Shown: piece after piece, positions 56,373 to 64,000 of the stretch
Layout: the number at the start of each line of letters is the position of its first letter
Numbering within the stretch: the stretch's first letter is position 1
Assembly (NCBI GenBank): GCA_964552475.1
Contig: CAZKFZ010000002.1
Coordinates: 70,160-134,159 of the forward strand
Length of the DNA stretch: 64,000 nucleotides
From: an uncultured Candidatus Saccharibacteria bacterium
GTDB lineage: Bacteria; Patescibacteriota; Saccharimonadia; CAILAD01; BJGX01
Reading direction: 5' to 3'
Position numbers and translations under genes: made by a program
The notes under the pieces: model-generated
Seen by the model: only the letters and a program-made list of their open reading frames with translations
The model's database searches: none
What the model was told of the DNA's origin: nothing

Positions 56373-57306
56373 AAAGAAAGGCAAAGACTCGAAAAGACTA
56401 AAAGATATTCATATTTACTCACTTCTCTCGCTTATTGCTTTTGGATCTTACTTAGGATTCAAATACTATAGTGGCCAAGCTAGTGGGTCTGGTGGCTCAG
56501 AAGCAGTACAAGATACAATTGTAAGTCTTCTAATATTTATCGTCGACACTTTTACGATTTTTCTTGCTATCGCCTGGCTAATTGTAGCGGTTACAGTGCT
56601 ATCTGTCATGGTCTTTAGAAGAAAAATTTTAGGTCTACCAAAAGATATTTACCCTTACTACAAGCAACGCCTTAAGCATGGTAAGTCTCTAATAAAATCT
56701 GGTAAAAAAGAAAAATTCGATAGTAACACGCCAGTGCCAGAGAGTATTACCGCAAAAAAATTTGCAAGACTATACTACCAAGAAGACACCGGTAGTCTAG
56801 TTTTTAGGCCAATAGTTAATAGCACTACTACTTATGGCCTAAGAGAGAAAGCAGTTTGTTACAAACATCTCAAGGAAGAATCTCATTCACCACCAGAAGA
56901 AGACTGCCGATGTGGTTTTTACGGACTAAGGTCTTTCGACGAACTTATAGCGGGGTTTGAAATGCCCGGAAAGCTATTAAGTAGAGTTTTACTAACTTGT
57001 AATATGTATGGCAAAATCAAAGAAGCAAGTAATGGCTTTAGAGCAGCTTTACAGCAAGTCTTGTCGATTGAGTTTTTCAAGCATTGCTACATTTGTGCAA
57101 AAAAGCACCCCGAAAAATCAGTAATGGCTAGTAAAATTGCTATACACAAAAGCTCTGTTGGTATCTCTGATGTTATTCGTGGCGAGTCACTACTAATACC
57201 TGTCTGTAATCAGCATACTCTTGATATAGAGAGATCGTGGACTATTCAAGATATTAGAGATAAACTCAAAGTAGATGTTGATTGGTACGAAATCACACCC
57301 TTGTAA
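56365..57306 (+). CDS. Membrane-anchored Cys/His-rich protein (HxxPxxxCxCGFY-type), paralog B
   Basis: C..HSPPEEDCRCGFYG, MYGKIKE...GFRA, CYIC, PVCNQH, TIQD. Confidence 0.78.
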   Translation: MSKKKGKDSKRLKDIHIYSLLSLIAFGSYLGFKYYSGQASGSGGSEAVQDTIVSLLIFIVDTFTIFLAIAWLIVAVTVLSVMVFRRKILGLPKDIYPYYKQRLKHGKSLIKSGKKEKFDSNTPVPESITAKKFARLYYQEDTGSLVFRPIVNSTTTYGLREKAVCYKHLKEESHSPPEEDCRCGFYGLRSFDELIAGFEMPGKLLSRVLLTCNMYGKIKEASNGFRAALQQVLSIEFFKHCYICAKKHPEKSVMASKIAIHKSSVGISDVIRGESLLIPVCNQHTLDIERSWTIQDIRDKLKVDVDWYEITPL

Positions 57307-57319
57307 CCACAAGGGTGTT

Positions 57320-58351
57320 TTATTTTATTATTCCACCCCCAACAACAATATCGCCATCGTAAAACACTGCCGACTGGCCAGGTGCAATGGCTCTTTCTGG
57401 CTCATTTAACACTACTCTCCAAACCCCTTTCGACTTTAGAGTGACCGCACATTTTTTGAGCTTGCTTCTATAGCGCACTCGTACTTCTAATTTATGTTTG
57501 GGTTCTTGCCACCAATTGCAGTCATCAATAGTAAACTCTGACTTATTTAGTAATGGTGATTCCTCGTTACTTGTAATATATACAATGTTTTTTTGAGCAT
57601 CTATATTGTAAACAAAATATGGCTTACCGCCACCTATACCCAAGCCATGACGTTGACCAATAGTGTATGAAAAAGCTCCATTGTGCTCACCAAGCTTGTT
57701 GCCATTTTCATCTAAAATAGCTCCTGTTTTGGGTCTTATAAATTCACTCAAAAAATCACTCATCGGTACATTACCAACAAAGCATAGACCCTGAGAGTCT
57801 GGTCGAGCATAATTGGGCAGATTATGTTTCTTGGCTAGCTCACGCACCTTGGTTTTAAGTAGCTTGCCCAAAGGAAATAGTACTCTACTCGCCACTTTTG
57901 GATTTATTCTATACAAAAAGTAGGTTTGATCTTTAGACTTATCAATAGCTGTTTGGAGTTGACTATTAATCATGCGAGCATAATGACCAGTCGCAATGTA
58001 ATCAGCCCCATCAGTAATACATCGACCTAAGAAAATCTTAAATTTTATTTCTGAGTTACACATAATATCGGGGTTAGGGGTAAGACCTTTTTTGTATGTG
58101 TCTAGCATATAGCTCGTGACTTTTTGATAGTACTCTTTTTCAAAGTCGTATATGTGTAGAGGTATTTGCAAATGAGCGGCAACACTGCGGGCGCTAGCCA
58201 AATCTTCAGCCCAAGGACATTTGTACCCAGCGATATCTTTGCTCCAATTTTTCATATATACCCCAACTACATCGTAGCCCTGATCTTTTAATAGTGCTGC
58301 TGCCACTGCACTATCTACCCCACCAGATAATCCTACAAAAGCTTTTTTCAT
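57320..58351 (-). CDS. mnmA: tRNA 2-thiouridine synthase
   Basis: SGGVDS, TPNPDIMCN, ATGHY, KDQTYFL, DSQGLCF, APGQ. Confidence 0.97.
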   Translation of the reverse strand: MKKAFVGLSGGVDSAVAAALLKDQGYDVVGVYMKNWSKDIAGYKCPWAEDLASARSVAAHLQIPLHIYDFEKEYYQKVTSYMLDTYKKGLTPNPDIMCNSEIKFKIFLGRCITDGADYIATGHYARMINSQLQTAIDKSKDQTYFLYRINPKVASRVLFPLGKLLKTKVRELAKKHNLPNYARPDSQGLCFVGNVPMSDFLSEFIRPKTGAILDENGNKLGEHNGAFSYTIGQRHGLGIGGGKPYFVYNIDAQKNIVYITSNEESPLLNKSEFTIDDCNWWQEPKHKLEVRVRYRSKLKKCAVTLKSKGVWRVVLNEPERAIAPGQSAVFYDGDIVVGGGIIK

Positions 58352-58941
58352 TGGTAATTACCCGTGGTGTATATATATAGCAACTTTTGTAATTCACTTA
58401 AAGAAATATTTTTACCAAAATCTGTTTTCCACCATTGCGACTTACTCCATCTGTCGTCGTAAGAACTGACGTTTTGAATTTCATAATCTCTACCCAGTAC
58501 TGCAGAAAATGTATCGTGAGTACGGCGTTGATGATATGGACTGGTGACCAAGATAATCTTGTGTGCATCGGTATCTAGCAATAACCTTTTGGTATTTGTG
58601 GCGTTTTGATAGGTATTCTTTGAATCTACATCGATAAGAATTGAGCTGTCGGGTACCCCTTCGCCTAAAGCCTGTTCGCGCATAGCCGAAGCGTTACTTG
58701 GACCATCGTCAAGTGCTGCGCCAGAAAATATTATTTCACTCGCAAAGCCTTGCTTGTATAGCTCTATACCTTTTTGAGCACGAGTGGTAGTCTGACCACC
58801 ACTAACTACTACTATTGCATCGGCTTTGCCAACATTGGCTGTTTGGGGACTTAAGAAAAACCCCAATCCAAAAAATATCGTTGATAGTAGTGCCGCTATT
58901 ATGGCTAGTATAACTAGCATGGTTATAAAAAACTTTCTCAT
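58348..58941 (-). CDS. YdcF/DUF218 family protein
   Basis: DAIVVVSGG, IIFSG, SKNTYQNA, LVTSPYHQRR. Confidence 0.85.
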   Translation of the reverse strand: MRKFFITMLVILAIIAALLSTIFFGLGFFLSPQTANVGKADAIVVVSGGQTTTRAQKGIELYKQGFASEIIFSGAALDDGPSNASAMREQALGEGVPDSSILIDVDSKNTYQNATNTKRLLLDTDAHKIILVTSPYHQRRTHDTFSAVLGRDYEIQNVSSYDDRWSKSQWWKTDFGKNISLSELQKLLYIYTTGNYQ

Positions 58942-58957
58942 ATATAGTTTTACATAT

Positions 58958-60103
58958 CTATACTAACGTATTTAGAGTTTTTTTGAGAATTTTACAAAAC
59001 TCATCTATATCTTTATGTTTAGTAGATTTACCAAAGGAAATTCGTAAACTTCCTTGCGCTTGCGCTTTTGATCTACCAACAGCCAACAATGCATGACTAG
59101 GCATATTGTTAGTAGCTTCGCATGCTGCTCCAGTAGAGACTTCAAAGCCCGACGCATCTAAATAAGCAACCAAATCAGCGCCGTTCGCTCCGTCTATACA
59201 GATACTTGCTACAGAAAATATTCTTTCCTTTGGATGACCATTTTCAATAACTTTATGTTCTTGGCTGATGTCGTGAATGAGATTTGTATATAGCTCTCGA
59301 TAATAGCTTGCATATTTTTTACGCTCTTTATTTACATTGCTTAGTGCCTGAGCCATACCAACTACTAAACTAATATTTTCACTACCAGAGCGTAGACCGT
59401 TCTCTTGTTTTCCACCATAGATTATTGGATCGAGCTGAGTACCTCTTTTAACATAGAGCGCCCCAATACCTTTTGGCCCATATATTTTAGCCCCTCCTAC
59501 AGTCAATAGGTCTACTCCAAGTCTACTTACATCGCAGTTAAGAGTCTGAACAGCGGCACTCGCATCAGAATGAAAAATTACCTTTGTACCATTTGAACGC
59601 TCGTGGTTTTTAATAATGGCAGAAATCTTGGATATTTGCTGTGTTGTGCCTATTTCACTATTTGCATAACTAATAGTTACTAATTTGGTGTCGTAACAAA
59701 GTTTTCGTTCTAAATCTTGTTTATCAATCCTGCCATGTTTATCGACATTACACCAATCAATCTCGTAACCTTGCAAAGCTAAGTAATTTAGTGGTTCACG
59801 AACAGATGAGTGCTCTGTGGCTATAGAAATAATATGACCTTTTTTTTCTGCTTTAACAGCACCCAATATTGCTAGGTTATTAGATTCTGTTGCGCTACTG
59901 GTAAAAATAATTTCTTCAGTATTGGCCCCAAAAAACATAGCAATTTGTTTGCGAGCTAAAGACAAGTAGTTATTTGCCTCTCTGCTACTTGTATACTGCG
60001 ACGAAGGGTTGGCAATTACATGTTCTACATCATGCATGGCTTTGGCTACATTCTTATCTAATGGCGTTGCAGCTGCGTAATCTAAGTAAACTCTACCTCT
60101 CAT
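58958..60103 (-). CDS. iscS: Cysteine desulfurase (IscS/NifS type)
   Basis: YLDYAAATP, KIYGPKG, STGAAC, SLRISFG; next to mnmA. Confidence 0.9.
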   Translation of the reverse strand: MRGRVYLDYAAATPLDKNVAKAMHDVEHVIANPSSQYTSSREANNYLSLARKQIAMFFGANTEEIIFTSSATESNNLAILGAVKAEKKGHIISIATEHSSVREPLNYLALQGYEIDWCNVDKHGRIDKQDLERKLCYDTKLVTISYANSEIGTTQQISKISAIIKNHERSNGTKVIFHSDASAAVQTLNCDVSRLGVDLLTVGGAKIYGPKGIGALYVKRGTQLDPIIYGGKQENGLRSGSENISLVVGMAQALSNVNKERKKYASYYRELYTNLIHDISQEHKVIENGHPKERIFSVASICIDGANGADLVAYLDASGFEVSTGAACEATNNMPSHALLAVGRSKAQAQGSLRISFGKSTKHKDIDEFCKILKKTLNTLV

Positions 60104-60891
60104 ATAGAAAAAAGTTCCTTTGTATTTTTTGATGTCTGCTCTACAAACGCAGTAAAATCTTCGCTTCGTAGCTTGGCTAAAAACTTTGCCGTAGCTTCTA
60201 AGTAACTAGGTTCATTACGTTTACCTCTATACGGCATCGGGCTTAAAAATGGACAATCTGTCTCTAAGAGTATTCTATTTTGCGAAATGGTTTTAGCCGC
60301 TATTAGTTGATCTTGATCTTTCGAAAAAGTCATTATACCGTTCAAGCCAAAAAATAGGCCTATTTCGTTGGCTTTATATATTTCGTTTATGTGTCCAGTA
60401 AAGCTATGTATAACCCCTTTCGTGTTTGGATAACCTTTGATTATAGAAAAAAAATCTTCCCACGCATCCCTTACATGAAACACAACAGGCAAACCACAAT
60501 CTAGGGCTAGTTTTAGTTGCATCTCTAACATATCGTATTGCTCACGCTTGGTAGAGTGATTTTTAAAATAATCAAGTCCACACTCACCTATTGCTACAAT
60601 CGCTTTTTGGTATTTGCTATCTTTTGCCAGTCTCTCAATACCTAGAAAAGCTTTTTTACCTAGACTAGCCTCGTGTGGATGAACGCCTACAGTAGAGTAA
60701 AGCTTAATCCCACTGGCCTTGGCAATTACTGTTGGGTCTAACACAAAATTCGTAGCTTTTTTTGAGTCTTCAAGATCTGTGCCAACAGTTATAATTGTGC
60801 TTATACCATTATCTTTGGCATTAATAAGTACCTGTTCTAAGTCATTAGAATAGTCATCAAAATGAATATGGGCATGGCTATCAATCAGCAC
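60100..60891 (-). CDS. tatD: TatD family hydrolase
   Basis: IDSHAH, GVHPH, IGECGLD, HSF, LETDCPFL. Confidence 0.93.
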   Translation of the reverse strand: MLIDSHAHIHFDDYSNDLEQVLINAKDNGISTIITVGTDLEDSKKATNFVLDPTVIAKASGIKLYSTVGVHPHEASLGKKAFLGIERLAKDSKYQKAIVAIGECGLDYFKNHSTKREQYDMLEMQLKLALDCGLPVVFHVRDAWEDFFSIIKGYPNTKGVIHSFTGHINEIYKANEIGLFFGLNGIMTFSKDQDQLIAAKTISQNRILLETDCPFLSPMPYRGKRNEPSYLEATAKFLAKLRSEDFTAFVEQTSKNTKELFSI

Positions 60892-61312
60892 CAAAATGCT
60901 CCACAAATATTTCAGGTATAGGACTAAGGTAGCTTGTGTATCTAGCCCACATCGGAGTAACTACAACAAAACATTCTCCAGGTGTAAATTGGTGTTCTCT
61001 AGCACTCGGAATCTTTTCATAGTGTGTTTTGGCATAATCCTTTGCATCTTTGTGGTTTAACACCCTCGCTACTCCTTCGATTTGCACACTTTGTAGTGAT
61101 CCATCACTACCTCCAATTACCAACGAAATGTTAGGGTTGTTACGAATATTTTCAACTTTACGAGTATTGGTGCTGGTAGCAAAAATTAATTCATGCTTAC
61201 TATTGTGCGATATTCCTACAAGTGCCGATTCAGGCTGAGAGGCTTTATTAATAGTCGATACCACTGCATAAATATTAAATCTTACCAAATCAAATATTTT
61301 ATCTTTTTGCAT
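60881..61312 (-). CDS. Pyridoxamine 5'-phosphate oxidase-like FMN-binding protein
   Basis: VVST...P, T....RKVENIRNNPNISL, VQIEG.A. Confidence 0.8.
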   Translation of the reverse strand: MQKDKIFDLVRFNIYAVVSTINKASQPESALVGISHNSKHELIFATSTNTRKVENIRNNPNISLVIGGSDGSLQSVQIEGVARVLNHKDAKDYAKTHYEKIPSAREHQFTPGECFVVVTPMWARYTSYLSPIPEIFVEHFGAD

Positions 61313-61314
61313 TA

Positions 61315-62745
61315 CTACTCCTCCTTTTTAGGAAATAATACTCCTGGTGAATTATTTATCACTCCACTTAAGAATATTTTAATAATTTTATCTGAAGTGT
61401 CTGGTAAAAAGGGCTTAAGTGCCTTTGCTATTGAGACTATTTCACTTGCTAAGCCATTTAAGTATTCTTTGGTTTTGGTGGTGTCACTTTTTACTAGTTG
61501 CCATGGTTTGTTCTCCTCTATAGAAGTGTTGAGGTTATCTAGGCGAGCAAATATTTTGTCTAGATACTTATTAAAAGAGCAAGTAGCTATGTCGTCTTCT
61601 AAGCCAGTAATTGGCACGGTATCGATATTGTCAAATTTACCATTGCAATATTTTTCAATCATCGAGGCGGTGCGGGCTACAAGATTTCCTAAATTATTAG
61701 CTAGGTCGGAGTTATACACTTCTACAAACCTTTCACGCGTAAAGTCTCCATCGTTATCGAAAGGAATGTAACGTAGTAAATAGTAGCGCAAGGCGTCAAC
61801 ATGAAATTCATCTAAATAGGCTATAGGATCTACTACATTACCTAAGCTCTTACTCATTTTATGTCCGCCGGAATTTATGAATGGGTGCACATACACCATT
61901 TGTGGAGTCTTTTGACCAGAACTTAGTAGCATTGCTGGCCACAGTAAACAATGAAACCTTGCAATATCCTTACCTATAATATGCACATCGGCTGGCCAAA
62001 ATTTGTCATACATAGTACTATCGTCGTCATAGCCCACCGCCGATATGTAGTTGGTAAGGGCATCAAACCAAACATACATTACATGGTCGTGATCGTTTGG
62101 CACCTCTACCCCCCAACTCAACTGACTCTTTGGTCTAGATATACTAACATCCTCAAGTCCGTTTTTGGCAAACTGTAGCATTTCATTGCGACGCTTTTCA
62201 GGAACTATTCTAAGATCATTTGTTTCTATAAGATCAATTATTTGATCTTGATATTTACTAAGCTTAAAAAAATAACTCTCCATATCTAGTTTTTTTAGTT
62301 CTGTTTTGTGTATAGGACATTTGTTATCAATAGCCTCGGTAGCAGTATAGTACTGTTCGCAACCAGTGCAATACAAACCAGAATATGTGTCTTTGTATAT
62401 ATCATTTTTGCAAGCCAGCCATATCTTTTGAGAAGCTTTCTTATGGCGAGTATCGGTAGTGCGAATAAAGTAGTCGTTTGATAAATTCAGTCTCCTGGCG
62501 AGATCAATAAAATTTTCAGATAACTCATTTACAAACACCAAAGGTTCTTGGTTGGCAACCTTTGCAGCATCTAAGAGTTTTTGACCGTGCTCGTCTGTGC
62601 CAGTCAAGAAAAAGGTTTCTTTATTTTCTTCTCTCGCAAAGCGTGCTAACACATCAGCTTGTATTAACTCCATTGCATAGCCAATGTGAGGCTTTGCGTT
62701 TGCGTAAGCTATAGAGGTGGTTACGTAGAATCTATTGTTTGACAT
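61315..62745 (-). CDS. metG: Methionine--tRNA ligase (short form)
   Basis: HIGY, GTDEHG, YVWFDAL, GKDI..FH, KMSKSLGN. Confidence 0.96.
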   Translation of the reverse strand: MSNNRFYVTTSIAYANAKPHIGYAMELIQADVLARFAREENKETFFLTGTDEHGQKLLDAAKVANQEPLVFVNELSENFIDLARRLNLSNDYFIRTTDTRHKKASQKIWLACKNDIYKDTYSGLYCTGCEQYYTATEAIDNKCPIHKTELKKLDMESYFFKLSKYQDQIIDLIETNDLRIVPEKRRNEMLQFAKNGLEDVSISRPKSQLSWGVEVPNDHDHVMYVWFDALTNYISAVGYDDDSTMYDKFWPADVHIIGKDIARFHCLLWPAMLLSSGQKTPQMVYVHPFINSGGHKMSKSLGNVVDPIAYLDEFHVDALRYYLLRYIPFDNDGDFTRERFVEVYNSDLANNLGNLVARTASMIEKYCNGKFDNIDTVPITGLEDDIATCSFNKYLDKIFARLDNLNTSIEENKPWQLVKSDTTKTKEYLNGLASEIVSIAKALKPFLPDTSDKIIKIFLSGVINNSPGVLFPKKEE

Positions 62746-64000
62746 TTTTATTGCTTTTTTTTGAATTAGCTGAATCTATTGTCGGTATAGGCTTGGAGTT
62801 AACTCGGTTTAATTTATTTCTTTTTTGTACATGCGATTGTATCAATTTTATAAGTATTATTCCAGTAATAAGTAAAAGCACTACCCACATTGGCCAGCTT
62901 TGGGGGGATATTTTTGTACTAGCCAAAATTACCGAGGCATTACCGCTTTGAGTAAAATCTGCACTTAAGCTTCCCCAGGCATAACTACCAAGCACTAGCA
63001 ACCATCTGGTAGTTTTTTGAGAAGGTGCCAGCGATCCTAGGATAATATTATCTAGTTTTGTACCCTGACGGGTGTTGATCTCATAATTATCTCCGGCAGT
63101 ATCGCTAGGTGACTGCACTTGAAATCTTGCAATAGCCACAAAAGGCAGTATCAACCACTTTTGTGCAGACATTTTACTATTAGTTTGTAAAATCGGCGGT
63201 GTACTCTTATATGTAATGGTGGTGTTTTCGTACTGGTAATTGGTGTCGTTACCATTCTGCATAACTGGTGCAGGTGCATTGTCTTTGATGCCCCAAATTG
63301 CAAAAGCCAAATGGTCTAAGTCGCTAGAGCCAAAGTTCTCAAATTTTTCATTCCAAGTTGGATCTAGATTCATCCAGCCAACGTTAGGAACATAGGCCTG
63401 AACCCATGAGTGTAAAGAATCACTTACCGAATTTGATTGCTTAAGGCTTCCAGAATAACCATAGCCAATAGGCATACGCGCAGGTATGCCAGCTGCTCGT
63501 AATAGACTAATAGTAGAGTCAGAATATTCTAGGCAAACTACATTGGTAGGATTTTGAAGAGCTTTTAGGCCACCTTGTCGAATGTTGTATTTTATCTTTT
63601 CATTGTTATAACTAAGTTTGCTTACCACATAGTCATTTATAGCTCGAACTTGTTCAGCGACAGTTTTCTTATCTTTGGTTAGTTCGTTGGCTTTGGCAAC
63701 TATTGTTGGGTCGTTGGCAGGCCAATAGGGTTGTGGGCTAGTGTAAGCACTTACTAAGTTCTTGGGAATATCAGCCTTTGTGCCACTAGCAGCAAGGTTG
63801 TAGTCGATGTAGCTTACTAGACCAATAATATTTGTACTAACATTTATTTTTGTATGCGCAGGCACATCGTAATCAGCCAATATATTACCGTCTCCATCTA
63901 ACCTAGTAGATTTCGGTTGTGGATCAAGTTTTTGAACAATAATTTGTTGGCCAGTTGTGTTGGGCGGTAAAGTAACGGTGTAGGTAGAGCTAAAGCTAGA
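62732..64000 (-). CDS. Transglutaminase-like protein, 3' portion (5' end outside the window)
   Basis: VCLEYS...RAAGIPAR, HSWVQ, DPTW triad; frame is open to position 64000. Confidence 0.85.
   Translation of the reverse strand, partial: SSFSSTYTVTLPPNTTGQQIIVQKLDPQPKSTRLDGDGNILADYDVPAHTKINVSTNIIGLVSYIDYNLAASGTKADIPKNLVSAYTSPQPYWPANDPTIVAKANELTKDKKTVAEQVRAINDYVVSKLSYNNEKIKYNIRQGGLKALQNPTNVVCLEYSDSTISLLRAAGIPARMPIGYGYSGSLKQSNSVSDSLHSWVQAYVPNVGWMNLDPTWNEKFENFGSSDLDHLAFAIWGIKDNAPAPVMQNGNDTNYQYENTTITYKSTPPILQTNSKMSAQKWLILPFVAIARFQVQSPSDTAGDNYEINTRQGTKLDNIILGSLAPSQKTTRWLLVLGSYAWGSLSADFTQSGNASVILASTKISPQSWPMWVVLLLITGIILIKLIQSHVQKRNKLNRVNSKPIPTIDSANSKKSNKNVKQ

Noticed and set aside
61193-61771. 192-aa + strand ORF and the many other antisense ORFs in the track
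   Set aside because: Lie opposite well-supported genes (metG etc.) with no motifs or initiation signals

Overview
A 64 kb AT-rich chromosomal segment, most likely from a Patescibacteria (CPR) genome. Supporting signs are the short hinge-less SMC, short AlaRS and MetRS, Zn-free bL32, the mltG-ruvX-baseplate-J-like-ftsA-like cluster and many leaderless genes; the genetic code is 11. Most of the backbone is on the minus strand: ppdK 5' end, trmD, khpA, rpsP, smc, rnc, nusB, rpmF, leuS, murF, obgE, mltG, alaS, mnmA, iscS, tatD, metG, tRNA-Gln and tRNA-Ala. proB and eno are on the plus strand. An island of about 15 kb (about 1.93-16.8 kb) sits just 3' of tRNA-Gln(CTG). It carries a large serine recombinase, ParB-methyltransferase + TerS + TerL without capsid or portal genes, a candidate structured ncRNA, a HEPN + DUF3800 pair, and a PLD-helicase/type IIG-like MTase/PD-(D/E)XK operon. 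Four signals outside the ORF track stand out. (1) A recurrent GYACC element lies a few nt upstream of the Shine-Dalgarno of 10 accessory genes. (2) Two tandem, homologous Ile/Leu/Val-type ribosome-dependent attenuators control pairs of unknown small ORFs, with a third emptied copy nearby. (3) A Phe/Tyr attenuator precedes an orphan DAHP synthase. (4) A Pro/Glu/Val-rich 47-aa peptide lies between two paralogous membrane-anchored Cys/His-rich (HxxPxxxCxCGFY-type) proteins. All calls are by eye; no searches were run.
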